Part shown: one piece after another, positions 48,101-57,700 of the stretch
Position numbering within the stretch: position 1 is the stretch's first letter
Layout of the letters: each line of letters starts with the position of its first letter
Assembly (NCBI GenBank): GCA_034423035.1
Contig: DAOUJF010000004.1
Location: 969-64,968, forward strand
From: Dehalococcoidia bacterium
Lineage (GTDB): Bacteria; Chloroflexota; Dehalococcoidia; Lucifugimonadales; VXLM01
Reading direction: 5' to 3'
DNA: 64,000 nt
Notes under the pieces: generated by a model
The model's database searches: none
What the model saw: only the letters and a program-made list of their open reading frames with translations
Told to the model about the DNA's origin: nothing
Made by a program: the position numbers and the translations under genes

Positions 48101-49000
48101 ATTCTCAATCTCCGCAGCAATGATCTTACCGGCAGCATACCTGCGGAGCTTGGCAATCTGGCGAACTTGGAGGAACTCCTCCTTCACAACAATAGCCTCA
48201 GTGGGGAGCTCCCGGATCTGAGCGACCTGAGCAACCTCAAGATGCTCTGGCTCTCCGGCAACGACTTGGGCAGCGGTCAAGGCATCCCGACGTGGCTGAA
48301 TTCCATGAGCAACCTGGAGTCGTTGAATCTCTGGGGCAATGACCTTGGAGGGCAGATTCCCGACTTGAGCGGCATGACAAGCCTGAAACATCTGAGGCTG
48401 CACAGCACCGGATTGACAGGGAGCATTCCCGCCTCTCTGGGAGACATGAGCAACTTGCAGGGCCTGTACCTCCATAACAACAACCTGAGTGGGACAATTC
48501 CAGGTGAACTAGGTCAGATCGCCACTTTGACAGGCCTATACCTCCACGGCAATAACCTCAGCGGAACGATTCCGAGCGAGCTGGGCCAGCTAACCAACCT
48601 TCGCCGGATATGGCTCCATAGCAACAGTCTGTCGGGAGCGATTCCTTCGGAATTGAGTGGCATGTCCAGACTTATAGATCTCAACTTGCGCAACAACCGG
48701 TTAAGCGGGTCAATCCCACCGCAATTGGGCACCATTGCAACTTTGGAGTCATTGCGACTACAGAACAACCAGCTGAGCGGCACGATCCCTAGCGAACTGG
48801 GCGACCTCAGCAACCTAACGGGATTGTGGCTCCAGTCCAACAGGCTCACCGGAGCGATACCTGCAGAGTTGGGCAACCTCGGAGACACGCTGACGCAATG
48901 GCGTCTCAGCGGGAATAGGCTGAGCGGATGCGTTCCGGCCGGCCTTGCAGCAGTCGAGGACAACGACATGGCTTCACTTGGTCTGCAGGTCTGCCCATAG
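45107..49000 (+). CDS. Secreted multidomain protein: signal peptide, 2x pre-peptidase (PPC)-like domains, subtilisin S8 (kexin-like) protease, P-domain, FN3, and a plant-type LRR array
   Basis: 1297 aa. Catalytic triad contexts VAIVDDG, HGTHVAG, GGTSAASP. P-domain-like …PNGEWKLHITD…. FN3 (…YDVQVRAVN…). From about nt 47840, a cap (…LNWSP…WDGIYL…) is followed by ~13 24-residue repeats L-x2-L-x-L-x2-N-x-L-(S/T)-G-x-IP-x2-LG-x-L. Confidence 0.85.
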   Translation: MSRRILLMSFISNKAVSPISLMLGTLILAIAIASFLALNAGGAGAQTIEDDHGNTFGTSTLVELGSSVDGRIDPGDDRDVFKIDLSDATGQTDLWVYTLGDLDTFGGLYDDAGNLVELNDDSFFVDNIRGFSIRSVVQPGVYYVIAVSFDGEPGDYTFHAQAIEAPGDSIETAKSLSLDSRDGGTIDTLDDVDFYKLEFTEPKHVTIDVVTADISLIDASLLDADGNEISANQTLIRVRGFGSFFPIGFTIDEDFEPGTYYLKVVNPLAPDPDEAEPEESEGEETEGEETLFPSRPAPYAIFYFEDTEYSEFLEDCDSQTDALNDPEIGDPLNACQWHLHHPEWQDINIGSVWADGIKGDGVNVAIVDDGMYQDHEDLKDNVDTSLNLNFETDENDIYGRFDHHGTHVAGMVAARDNDIGVRGVAPRATLHGYNLLSGFNTTGFNIVTAMTKSADVTAVSNNSWGWSDSPGFSRPFSFWRQAIRSGTTLGYDGKGVLYVWAAGNGHLVGDDSNLDELTNDYGVTAACSVNNQGTRSGYSEMGANLWVCAPSNDRPLSLGGVAGILTTENSDRYYQDFGGTSAASPIVAGVAALTRDANPDLTWRDVKVILAASAQKNDPSSQGWDAGAPMHPVSSAESYSFNHEYGFGVVNAEGAVNLAKRWTNLPAAQEATVVSEELESEIPDAPAVGEPTTVTHVLAVDSDIEFTEFVEVTVAFEHDSFRDLEVLLESPSGAISRLAVPFDTFNGLNAFFGLAFVPLHGSWQFGSAKHLGEDPNGEWKLHITDRLHVVDGTFTGFAITVYGHERAAGAATLDSVAVHPGGERLDVAWSAPGAAGESEITGYDIRYIATEDDETDSSAWTVLEGVWSAEAGGNLTYTVSGLTDGTQYDVQVRAVNSVGGGLWSEVGTGTPMSSSCAADGAVSDRTNGGLINDCEALLEARDTLAGSATLNWSPDTDISTWDGIYLTGDPSRVTIVTLLNSQLDGSIPAALGGLEELEILNLRSNDLTGSIPAELGNLANLEELLLHNNSLSGELPDLSDLSNLKMLWLSGNDLGSGQGIPTWLNSMSNLESLNLWGNDLGGQIPDLSGMTSLKHLRLHSTGLTGSIPASLGDMSNLQGLYLHNNNLSGTIPGELGQIATLTGLYLHGNNLSGTIPSELGQLTNLRRIWLHSNSLSGAIPSELSGMSRLIDLNLRNNRLSGSIPPQLGTIATLESLRLQNNQLSGTIPSELGDLSNLTGLWLQSNRLTGAIPAELGNLGDTLTQWRLSGNRLSGCVPAGLAAVEDNDMASLGLQVCP

Positions 49001-49026
49001 ACTAGGGTTCGACTGAGAGCGAAGAG

Positions 49027-49069
49027 CGCCGCCGGCACGGTTCAATTGAACCGGTCGGCGGTGTTTTTC
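49027..49069 (+). terminator. Rho-independent terminator after the S8-LRR gene
   Basis: GC-rich hairpin cgccgccggcacggttc-aatt-gaaccggtcggcggtg followed by TTTTT (49064-49068). Confidence 0.7.
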
Positions 49070-49110
49070 ATTTGTGGGTGACCATTGGGAATGGCGAAGG
49101 AATTAATGAG

Positions 49111-49247
49111 GTGAGTGTTCAGTCTTGGTGAGGTGAACCTCCCCGCCCCTCTGGATTCCGGCCCCGTACTTGATACGGGGCGGGCTCTTCGCCGGAATGA
49201 CGGTGCGCTGTGTACATTGAACGCTCTCACGAAGTCTGAACAGTTAC
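49111..49247. repeat. MITE-like element, copy C
   Basis: TIRs are gtgagtgttcagtcttggtgag (49111-49132) and ctcacgaagtctgaacagttac (49226-49247), 17/22 complementary. The core is ccccgtacttgatacgggg…ttcgccggaatgacggtg. Confidence 0.7.
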
Positions 49248-49505
49248 TTGATGAGCCGTTCGGATCTCGAAAGACTGATCCTAATCTACAACCGGCTATC
49301 GGGTGAGTAACGGATTCCATTCCTGCAGGCTGATCACCGGGGTGGTATCTGCCGTGGGTAGTTCCGGGGTATTCCTTTCCACTGTGGGTCTCTGAAGATT
49401 GGACTCCCCGTGACAAGATGGCAGATTTCAGGCTTGGATTGCCATTGTCTCAATAACGGGATGGGGATACACTCCGTGCAAGAGCTAGAGATAGGAGACT
49501 CAAAG

Positions 49506-50747
49506 ATGACTCAGACTCTCATTGTCGATGGTCTCAAGCGGCGTCGACTGCCTATCAACCTCCGGCAGAGCGGCAACAGTGATGCCAAGATGCTGATCTC
49601 CACCCGCATTAGAAAGTCCCCCTGGTGGCACTTGTCCAAGGCCGCCGGCTGCTGGGCGTATACAACATACAATCACTTGTACCACCCAAGGGCGTACATC
49701 AAGCCCGAGGATGGGGGACTGATGGCAGAGTACAAGTACCTGACCGAGCACGTCAGCATGTGGGACGTGGCGGTCGAGCGTCAGATCCAGGTCAAGGGTC
49801 CTGACGCCGCAGATTTTGTGAACCTGCTGATCACTCGCGACGTACACAGCGTGGTGCCCACGATGCAGGCCCGATATGTGATCCTCTGCAACCAGTACGG
49901 AGGCGTCATCAACGACCCTGTGCTGCTTCGCGTAGCCGATGACGAATTCTGGTTCAGCATCTCGGACTCCGACCTGCTCCTGTGGGCGCAAGGAGTCAAC
50001 TCCTTCCGCAAGTTGAACGTCGATATTCACGAGATCGACGTGTCTCCGGTCCAGATCCAGGGTCCCAAGTCGGTACAGTTGATGGAAAAGATGTTTGGCC
50101 CCCACATAAGGGAGATACCGTACTACGGCCTGATTCACGACACCCTGAACGGCAATGCCGTGACGATCTCGCGCACCGGCTTCTCCGCCGAAGTGGGGTT
50201 CGAGATCTACCTGCACGACGCGATGCTCAAGGCGGACGATGTCTGGCCTCACATCCTGGAGCAGGGGCAGGAGTTCAACCTGGGCGTAATCGCCCCCAGC
50301 CACATACGTCGACTGGAGGCCGGTATCTTGTCCTACGGCCAGGACATGGATATTGAGAACAACCCATTTGAAGTCCGGCTTGGCTGGCAAGTGGACCTGA
50401 ATAAAGAGGACTTCATAGGAAAGCAGGCCCTCGCAAGGATCAAGGCGGATGGAGTTCAACAGCGCCTCGTCGGTCTGAAGGTGGGCGGCGAGCCAATTGT
50501 CTGGTACAACGAAGATTTCTACCTGGTCAAGGACGAGGACTCGGGCAGCGACGTAGGATATGTGACCAGCGCCTTCTGGTCACCGACTCAACAGTCAAAC
50601 ATAGCGCTGGCCGTCATGCCTCCATCTCACTGGAGACGGGGAACCCGTGTGAAGGTCCAGCTGCCAAAGGACGGCATTGTAGATGCGGAGGTAGTGCGAG
50701 TGCCGTTCGTCGATCCGACCAAGGAGCGGCCCAAGACAGAACTGTGA
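49506..50747 (+). CDS. Aminomethyltransferase-family (GcvT-like, folate-dependent) protein
   Basis: Start at MTQTLIVDG (AGGAG 8 nt upstream). GcvT-like core (…MWDVAVERQIQVKGPDA…ISRTGFSAEVGFEIY…). Confidence 0.78.
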   Translation: MTQTLIVDGLKRRRLPINLRQSGNSDAKMLISTRIRKSPWWHLSKAAGCWAYTTYNHLYHPRAYIKPEDGGLMAEYKYLTEHVSMWDVAVERQIQVKGPDAADFVNLLITRDVHSVVPTMQARYVILCNQYGGVINDPVLLRVADDEFWFSISDSDLLLWAQGVNSFRKLNVDIHEIDVSPVQIQGPKSVQLMEKMFGPHIREIPYYGLIHDTLNGNAVTISRTGFSAEVGFEIYLHDAMLKADDVWPHILEQGQEFNLGVIAPSHIRRLEAGILSYGQDMDIENNPFEVRLGWQVDLNKEDFIGKQALARIKADGVQQRLVGLKVGGEPIVWYNEDFYLVKDEDSGSDVGYVTSAFWSPTQQSNIALAVMPPSHWRRGTRVKVQLPKDGIVDAEVVRVPFVDPTKERPKTEL

Positions 50748-50808
50748 TGCCAATCAATCGAGGTCGAACGGCTCACCCATCGCAGGGACGGTTCGTCCCG
50801 CCGGTCTG

Positions 50809-51582
50809 CTATCGGCGGGGCTCCCACGAGAAGAATCGGACCGAGATTACTGATCCACCCGCCAGCCACGCGGCCAGCACCAGCAGGCTGATCCACTCAA
50901 AGCCACTGCCCGTCTCGAACGGGTTGAACGCCGTATGCATCGCCGACGCGAAGTGCTTAACCGGGAAAATGTCCGCGAAGGTGGTGAGCCAGGCAGGCGC
51001 GTCGTCCAGAGGGATGAAGATGTCAGATATGAACAACAGCGGCAGTATCAGCACATTCACGACGGCCGGAGAGGCTTCCGCGTTCGGGATGACCGCCGTA
51101 ATCGCCAGCCCAAGCGCGCAGAAGCTGGCGGAGCCGACCGCAAGCGTCAAGAGGAATGCGGGCGCCGTGTTGGTGGGCACGTCCACACCGTACAGCAACG
51201 CCCCGGCCGCCGTCACGATAACGACCAGCAGGACGGCCAGGAGCGCGGAGTGGACGATCCTGCCGAACAGGAACGTCCAGCCGGGCAGGGGCGTGCCGCG
51301 TATGCGCTTGAGGAGCCCTTGATCCCGGGCGAAACACACGCCTATAGACACGTTGTTGAAGCAGGTGTAGATCACCGACATCGCAATTATGGCCGGCACG
51401 TAGAACGTGGATGTATTCGTCGTCCCTCCCGGAAGAATCAGCTCTTCGCTGCCGAATAGGAGATTGAAGATTACAAGGAACATCAACGGAAATACGAACA
51501 CGAAGAACGCCGATAGAGGGTTGCGCCAGAAGGCCCGATTTTCATAGCGGATCTGTCTTGTGGCGAGAAAGAAAGTGTTCAC
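50809..51582 (-). CDS. ABC-2-type transporter permease
   Basis: 257 aa with six predicted TM segments. 4-nt overlap with the upstream ATPase gene. Confidence 0.82.
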   Translation of the reverse strand: MNTFFLATRQIRYENRAFWRNPLSAFFVFVFPLMFLVIFNLLFGSEELILPGGTTNTSTFYVPAIIAMSVIYTCFNNVSIGVCFARDQGLLKRIRGTPLPGWTFLFGRIVHSALLAVLLVVIVTAAGALLYGVDVPTNTAPAFLLTLAVGSASFCALGLAITAVIPNAEASPAVVNVLILPLLFISDIFIPLDDAPAWLTTFADIFPVKHFASAMHTAFNPFETGSGFEWISLLVLAAWLAGGSVISVRFFSWEPRR

Positions 51583-52523
51583 TCTGCTTCGTCTCCCCGC
51601 TCAGCGGCTCCGACCAATTCAATGAACACGTCTTCCAGAGTCGGAGTCGATACCGCCAACTCTTCCAACTCGATTCCCGACTCCAGGGCCCAGCCAGTGA
51701 GCCGGTGCAGGCTGCTTGTCGGCGTACCCGTCATGAGAGTGTAACGGCCGCTTTCGCCTTCGCTCTCCACGCGGAGGTCTTCAGGCGGGACACCGGCATC
51801 GGGCCGGATCTTGAACCGAATGATCGTAGAACCACTTCTATGCATCAACTCTTCCGGTGTTCCCTCGGCGACAATTTCCCCCTGCACGATGATCGCCACC
51901 CGGTCAGCCAGGCGCTCGGCCTCATCCATGTAGTGGGTCGTCAACACGACCGTCTTGCCAAGAGATCGGAGGTTTCCGACCATCTTCCAGGCGGCACGGC
52001 GCGCGGCAGGATCGAGGCCCGTCGTAGGCTCGTCCAGGAAAAGCAGTTCCGGGTCTCCCGCGAGGCCGATCGCTACATCCAGTCGCCGCTGCTGGCCCCC
52101 AGAGAGCCGCCGGACCCGTGTTCGGCGCTGCTCCCGCAGTCCTATCACGTCCAATATCTCCTCAAGAGGCAGCGGGTGGGGAAAGTATCCCCGGAACAGG
52201 TCTATCGTCTCCTCTACACTCAAATACGGATCCACGCCCGTCGTCTGCAGGACGATGCCGATTCGCTGCTTGAGAACATGGTCATTGAGCCCCGGATCGT
52301 GGCCCAGAACAGAGACCTCGCCATCTGTCCGGTCGCGATGACCCTCCAGTATCTCCACCGTCGTAGTCTTCCCGGCACCGTTCGGGCCCAAGAGTGCGAA
52401 TACCTCTCCCCTGGACACGCTCAAGTCTATGCCGCGTACGGCTTCTACGTCGCCGTACGATTTCCGCAGGCCACGCACTTCGATGGTGGTCGGCAATCCC
52501 TCAGTAGTGTTGGATGTTGGCAT
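51579..52523 (-). CDS. ABC transporter ATP-binding protein (DrrA-like)
   Basis: Walker A GPNGAGKTT, signature LSGGQQRR, Walker B LLFLDEPT. Start taken at the ATG at 52523; the tracked TTG start at 52559 is alternative. Confidence 0.9.
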   Translation of the reverse strand: MPTSNTTEGLPTTIEVRGLRKSYGDVEAVRGIDLSVSRGEVFALLGPNGAGKTTTVEILEGHRDRTDGEVSVLGHDPGLNDHVLKQRIGIVLQTTGVDPYLSVEETIDLFRGYFPHPLPLEEILDVIGLREQRRTRVRRLSGGQQRRLDVAIGLAGDPELLFLDEPTTGLDPAARRAAWKMVGNLRSLGKTVVLTTHYMDEAERLADRVAIIVQGEIVAEGTPEELMHRSGSTIIRFKIRPDAGVPPEDLRVESEGESGRYTLMTGTPTSSLHRLTGWALESGIELEELAVSTPTLEDVFIELVGAAERGDEAE

Positions 52524-52563
52524 ACGAAAATAATAGACTTGAAAGCAAGCTAAGGTCAAAACA

Positions 52564-52688
52564 GTAATTATACAGAGTTGATGAGGCGAACACCCCTTAC
52601 CCCTGTATCGGGGTACGGGGTGACGTTCTTTAGCGGGAATGACGGTGCTTTGTTCAGCGAGGGTTTCTCACCGAATCTGAACAGTTAC
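52564..52688. repeat. MITE-like element, copy B
   Basis: TIRs are gtaattatacagagttgatgag (52564-52585) and ctcaccgaatctgaacagttac (52667-52688). The core is cccctgtatcggggtacggggtgacgttctttagcgggaatgacggtg. Confidence 0.65.
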
Positions 52689-53038
52689 CGCCTAGGAGTT
52701 CCTCAAGGTCGCGGCAGGTTCCCTTCTATTTTCGCGCAAATCGCATATCGTGGACGAGTGGGGAATCCACGACACGCCAAGCGTTAGTGGCTCTCGATTC
52801 TGCTCGACTCTCAACAATAGTGAAAAACTGCGTCGCAGATTTGCGCCTACCAAGGATCAGGCCGGTTTAGACACCCGCACAACAGAGGATATGTCAGGAG
52901 ACGCCCGGTCCAAGAGGAGAACGGAGAGCTTGGCAGTTACGCTACCAGCATGGGAACGGGGGCGTGAACCCGAAGGAGGGCTCATTTACGCGCGACTACT
53001 CCGTCACGCCGAGCTCTCTCGTGCACGGTATCTGTCCT

Positions 53039-54214
53039 TTAGCTCGACTTTCCGGACAGGAATTGAGGCATCACCTCAGCGGCGAACCACTCCAGATCCT
53101 CGCGCATGACGCGGGGCGGAATCCCAAGACCACCGGCCTGAACAAAGACCCGCTTCAGACCGGGGAAGCGGTCCTGGATGTCGGCGATTGTTTCGCGCAC
53201 GTGTTCGGGCGGGCCGCAGACCCAAGTGCCTCGCTCGACGAGGTCTTCAACAGTCGGCAGGCCTGCAAGAGGGGCTTTGGCCGGGTCCGCTGTGGCTTGT
53301 ATCTGCTCTTTCGACAGGTGAGGCATACGTCCCAGAGGGACCACCGCCTTTAGCCATTCCTCGTGATAGGGAGTTGCCTCGCGCATCGCACGCTCTCGTG
53401 TGTCCGCCATGTGCAGGTTGAACCCAAGAGCAATGTCCTCTCCCAGCTCAGTCTCGCGACCGATCCTCGCAAGGGCGTCACGGTACTGTGTCGCCAATTT
53501 CTCGGCCCGTCCGGCGGTTTCCGTGTCGCCGACGATGACGCCTTTGATGCCGTGTCGGGCCATGAAGTCGAAACCTCGCCGCGTGGCGCTCGTGATCGGC
53601 TGCCAGACCTCGACCGGCTGGGTGATGGGACGCGGCACCAAGGTGATCTCCTCCAGCGTGCCTAGGCGAAGGGGGACCTGCGGAGGGAGGTTGTAGCGCC
53701 TGCCCTCGTGAGAGAACGAGTCCTCGCTGAATGCCTTGAGGATGATTTCGACCTGCTCCTCGAAAAGCTCGCGGTTTGCGTCGTTGTCGATCAGTACCCC
53801 GCCCAGCGTCTCGACCTCGCGGTAGATGTAACCGCGTCCGATGCCAAACCGAACGCGACCGCCGGTCATGATGTCGGCGGTGGCAAAGTCCTCGGCCAGA
53901 CGTAACGGATGCCAGGCCGGTACCGTGTTGAACATCGCCCCGATCTTGAGTCGCTCGGTGAACTGCGCTAGGTAGACCGCCCACATCGGCACGTTCGTCG
54001 TGCCGCCGTAACCTTCTCTCTGGAAGTGGTGCTCCCCTACCCAAAAGGTGTCGTAGCCGGTGCGGTCCATCAGTTCGGCGAACTCTCGCGCCTCGCGGTA
54101 CACGATGACGAGATCGTCATTCGAAGGTCGCCGTTTCTCAACGGGCGTGCCCGCGAAGCCGAGTCCGTCCATCTCGATGTGGCCGCCGTAGAAACTGTCG
54201 AAGTACTCGATCAA
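53039..54214 (-). CDS. LLM-class (luciferase-like) flavin-dependent oxidoreductase
   Basis: 391 aa with a TIM-barrel LLM pattern (…FWVGEHHF…FGIGRGY…). Confidence 0.82.
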   Translation of the reverse strand: MIEYFDSFYGGHIEMDGLGFAGTPVEKRRPSNDDLVIVYREAREFAELMDRTGYDTFWVGEHHFQREGYGGTTNVPMWAVYLAQFTERLKIGAMFNTVPAWHPLRLAEDFATADIMTGGRVRFGIGRGYIYREVETLGGVLIDNDANRELFEEQVEIILKAFSEDSFSHEGRRYNLPPQVPLRLGTLEEITLVPRPITQPVEVWQPITSATRRGFDFMARHGIKGVIVGDTETAGRAEKLATQYRDALARIGRETELGEDIALGFNLHMADTRERAMREATPYHEEWLKAVVPLGRMPHLSKEQIQATADPAKAPLAGLPTVEDLVERGTWVCGPPEHVRETIADIQDRFPGLKRVFVQAGGLGIPPRVMREDLEWFAAEVMPQFLSGKSS

Positions 54215-54636
54215 TTCTCGTTAGACCTCTGGGGTAACGCAGATACTATCAGAACCAACGGCGGATCGACGGCGGTTGGGCTTGGACCAAGCGCATGAAC
54301 TCCCGGCCGGGGAGAATGAACCGCTCCTTTCTGTAGACAGAACTTTCTCGCTAGAGATCAGCTTGGAATTCTCGTGGAAACTGACTTGTTCCAGTCCAGT
54401 CTCGTGGGACGCGGCTAACTGCCCTACACACTCTCCGGCGATTCGCACCACTTTTACAGAACCGCATCGTACTCTTACCCGGCCTCGATTGGTTCCTTCA
54501 CAAAGACTGGCAGCTACCCACTAGTGGCGATCGTTGCAGTCTAGTGCGCGAGTCGAGGTCATCTTCAATTCCAGTTCACTACAGGGTCATCAAGCCGGAG
54601 TCAGGTGACAGTGCTATCGGGTTCAATTGATGATCT

Positions 54637-55680
54637 TCACACTTCGTAGCAGGCTACTAAGTGACCTGCGTTTTTCTCGTCCAATGGAGGGTGCGGGTTG
54701 TCTCGGCAAAAGTCTGTTGCCGCGGAACACCTGTCGAAGAAGCGACATCTGGACGGTGGGTCAATGGGTGCTGTTACTTCACCACTGATGTCCGGACGTT
54801 CGCGATGGTGTTCAGGATCGGGGACGGGCACTGCGGAGAGGAGTGCCTTGGTGTAGGGATGAAGAGGATTGCGAAGCAGTTCCTCCGTTTCCGCCATCTC
54901 GACGATTTTGCCGAGGTACATTACTGCAATCCGGTGGCACATATAGCGGGCGACCGCCAGATCATGAGTAATGTAGAGGTAAGCAACTCCCAAGCCTTGG
55001 GCAAGCTCCAACATTAGGGACATAATGCCGGTACGGCTGGAAACATCCAGCATCGAAGTTGGTTCATCGGCCACCACCAAGGACGGGCCGACAACCAGCG
55101 CGCGGGCGATGGCCACGCGCTGCCGCTGCCCCCCGGAAAGCTCATGTGGATATCGAAACAGGAATGTTGACGCAGGCGTTAGACCGACCAAGGTCAGTAT
55201 CTCGGCAACACGGTCCACTCGATCCAGCACGTTGCCAATCTTTTGGACGGACAGGGGTTCCGCAATGGTGTCGTAGATCGTCCTCCTGGGATTCATCGAC
55301 TCGTACGGGTCTTGAAAGATCAACTGCACATGACGCCGAAAGTCCCGGACCTGACGTTCCGTAATGGCAGCCACGTCGACACGTCCTCCAGGCTCACCAT
55401 CGGCGGAAGCGTTTGGAAAACGGAAGAAAATACTGCCTCCTGTCGGCTCAAGCAGCTTCACGAGGAGCTTGCCCACGGTTGTCTTGCCGCATCCCGACTC
55501 ACCCACAAGGCCCAGACTCTCTCCCTCAGCGAGATGGAAAGACACTTCGTCCACGGCGTGGATGTAGCCGGATGGCTTTCGAAATAAATTACCGGCGACC
55601 GGGAACTGCTTGGTCAAGTTATTCACTTCGACCAGCGGCAAGGCAGACGGTTCTACCGAATGCTCATCAGGATGCATCAT
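54637..55680 (-). CDS. Peptide ABC transporter ATP-binding protein (OppF/DppF-like)
   Basis: Walker [25 protein letters not shown], and a C-terminal oligopeptide-type extension. Start chosen at MMHPDEH…; the tracked ORF extends to 55743. Confidence 0.88.
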   Translation of the reverse strand: MMHPDEHSVEPSALPLVEVNNLTKQFPVAGNLFRKPSGYIHAVDEVSFHLAEGESLGLVGESGCGKTTVGKLLVKLLEPTGGSIFFRFPNASADGEPGGRVDVAAITERQVRDFRRHVQLIFQDPYESMNPRRTIYDTIAEPLSVQKIGNVLDRVDRVAEILTLVGLTPASTFLFRYPHELSGGQRQRVAIARALVVGPSLVVADEPTSMLDVSSRTGIMSLMLELAQGLGVAYLYITHDLAVARYMCHRIAVMYLGKIVEMAETEELLRNPLHPYTKALLSAVPVPDPEHHRERPDISGEVTAPIDPPSRCRFFDRCSAATDFCRDNPHPPLDEKNAGHLVACYEV

Positions 55681-56686
55681 GATTTCCTGAGGAGGACGAA
55701 TGTCCATCCAAGGGGTGCCAGCATGCAGCCCACTGACCTCCACGGCTTACTTGGTGCGGGTTCTCCCGTCGGCACAATTCGGTGGCGTAGGCGCAACGGG
55801 GATGGAATGCACACCCTGAAGGCGGGTCGAGCAAGTTCGGAGGCTCTCCAGAGAGGGAACCGAGCGGCCGTTTTTCGCCGCTGACGCTCGGGAATGAGGA
55901 CATTAGCGCCGCCGTGTAGGGGTGCATCGGAGCGCGAAAAACGTCGGACGTATTGCCAAACTCCACCAAACGTCCGGCGTACATCACCCCTATGCAGTCG
56001 GTGACCTCGGCGACAACGGCCATGTCGTGGGTAATGTATATGACGCTCATCCGGAGCTTTTCTTGAATGACTTTCAACTCTCTCAAAATGCGGTCCTGCA
56101 CGATCACATCCAGTGCGGTTGTCGGTTCATCGGCGATGATGACGTCCGGATCGCAGGACAGCGCCATGGCGATTACAGCTCGCTGTCGCATGCCCCCACT
56201 GAATTCGTGCGGGTACCGCTCCATCAGTTGAGGGTCCAAACCGACCAATCGAAAGAGACGGGCCACCCGATCCTCGGCGTCGTCGATCGTGGTCTCAACG
56301 CCGTGGGTCTCAATGGCCTCGATGACCTGCTGCCCCACTTTGTAGACCGGATCGAGAGAGTTCATTGCGGCTTGAAATATCATGGCTATCCGCCGCCACC
56401 GATACCTTCTTACTTCCTCATCGGAGAGGGTCAGGAGGTCAGTTCCGTTGAGCAAGACCTGCCCTTTCACCAACCGGGCATTGTCCGGCAATAGCCTCAT
56501 CAGGGAATTGGCGACGGAAGTCTTGCCACAGCCGGACTCCCCTACCAAGCCCAGCGACTGCCCCTTCGCCAACTCAAAGCTCACCTCCTCCACGGCCTTT
56601 ACCTCACCCTGCCGCGTGGAGTAACGCAGGGTGAGGTCGACGACCTTCAGCACGGGGTCGGCCTGAGCTACGGACACGAAACGCAC
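55667..56686 (-). CDS. Peptide ABC transporter ATP-binding protein (OppD/DppD-like)
   Basis: [24 protein letters not shown]. Confidence 0.9.
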   Translation of the reverse strand: MRFVSVAQADPVLKVVDLTLRYSTRQGEVKAVEEVSFELAKGQSLGLVGESGCGKTSVANSLMRLLPDNARLVKGQVLLNGTDLLTLSDEEVRRYRWRRIAMIFQAAMNSLDPVYKVGQQVIEAIETHGVETTIDDAEDRVARLFRLVGLDPQLMERYPHEFSGGMRQRAVIAMALSCDPDVIIADEPTTALDVIVQDRILRELKVIQEKLRMSVIYITHDMAVVAEVTDCIGVMYAGRLVEFGNTSDVFRAPMHPYTAALMSSFPSVSGEKRPLGSLSGEPPNLLDPPSGCAFHPRCAYATELCRRENPHQVSRGGQWAACWHPLDGHSSSSGNHDAS

Positions 56687-56689
56687 CTC

Positions 56690-57700
56690 TCAGGATAATT
56701 CATCGCGCCGCCTCAACCGGGGGTTTACCACCTCGTCCAGAGCGCGTCCCGCGAGATAGAACGCGCTGCAAAGCAGGGTGATGGACGCCCCCGCGGGAAC
56801 TACCAGCCACCAATACCTCGTTCCTCCGAGCAGGTATCCTCCCACGTTCGCAGTATGGATCATGATTCCCCAACTCATTCTCAGGTCGAGTAGTCCCAGG
56901 AACGACAGCACGGCCTCGGCGAAGATTGCGCTCGTAACGGTGAACATCATGTACAGCAGGGAAATGGGCAGCAGATTGGGGACGATGTGTACGAATATGA
57001 TGTGAAAGTGACCCCCTCCGGCCACCCTTGCCGCCTCGATATAGGGCTTTACCTTGATGCTGAGTGCCTGGGACTTCAGGATGATTGCGGTTCCCCCAAA
57101 GCCACCGAGCACACCAATGATCAGGGCAAGGTAGAACAGGTTCAGGTCGAAGAGGGCGCTCAGGACGATCAGAAGAGAGATGCCGGGCAGCGCGATGATC
57201 AAGTCGGCCAGTCGCATGAAGAAAGCATCGATCAGCCCACCGTAGTAAGCGGCAACCGCGCCGACCGTGGTCGCGATGGCGACGGTCACGAGGGCCGCCG
57301 TTATCCCCAGAATGAACTCCGATCCCGTACTGGAAAGCAGTTGGCTTAGCACGTCGCGCCCCAAGGGGTCGGTCCCCAGCGGATGCTTCCAGCTAGGCGG
57401 GGCCGGCTGCTCCGTGCTGTCGAAGGCGTAGCCCGTTACGGGGTCGTAGATCTCAGGGTCCCACACGGTCGCCATGAGTATGGGGTGGGAGACCGCCATC
57501 AGGGCGAAGACGGTGATGGTCAACAGTGACAGAAGGCCAATGCGGCTCTCCAAGAATATGCTCCACCCGTTCTTGAATGAGCGTAGGGCCAGCCGAATCC
57601 GGGCCTGCGCGAGCCGGAATCTTCCCTGAACCGGGGCGACCTCGGGCGGTTCGGGTGATGCGCCCGGCATCGCAGGACTTATCGTTGGAGGCGTCGTCAT
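56690..57700 (-). CDS. Peptide ABC transporter permease (OppC/DppC-like)
   Basis: 336 aa, polytopic, with a BPD-type permease core (…EAARVAGG…). Confidence 0.85.
   Translation of the reverse strand: MTTPPTISPAMPGASPEPPEVAPVQGRFRLAQARIRLALRSFKNGWSIFLESRIGLLSLLTITVFALMAVSHPILMATVWDPEIYDPVTGYAFDSTEQPAPPSWKHPLGTDPLGRDVLSQLLSSTGSEFILGITAALVTVAIATTVGAVAAYYGGLIDAFFMRLADLIIALPGISLLIVLSALFDLNLFYLALIIGVLGGFGGTAIILKSQALSIKVKPYIEAARVAGGGHFHIIFVHIVPNLLPISLLYMMFTVTSAIFAEAVLSFLGLLDLRMSWGIMIHTANVGGYLLGGTRYWWLVVPAGASITLLCSAFYLAGRALDEVVNPRLRRRDELS

Noticed and set aside
49500-50459. 319-aa - strand ORF; the same reasoning applies to 51558-52553 (+), 27718-28437 (-) and 26045-26644 (-)
   Set aside because: These are shadow ORFs antisense to well-supported genes (gcvT-like, ABC ATPase, aroE, alaS).
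52690-53038. ~350-bp apparently non-coding stretch between the LLM gene and MITE copy B, considered as a possible ncRNA or riboswitch
   Set aside because: I could not recognise any conserved RNA motif or convincing structure. Only low-complexity tracked ORFs are present.
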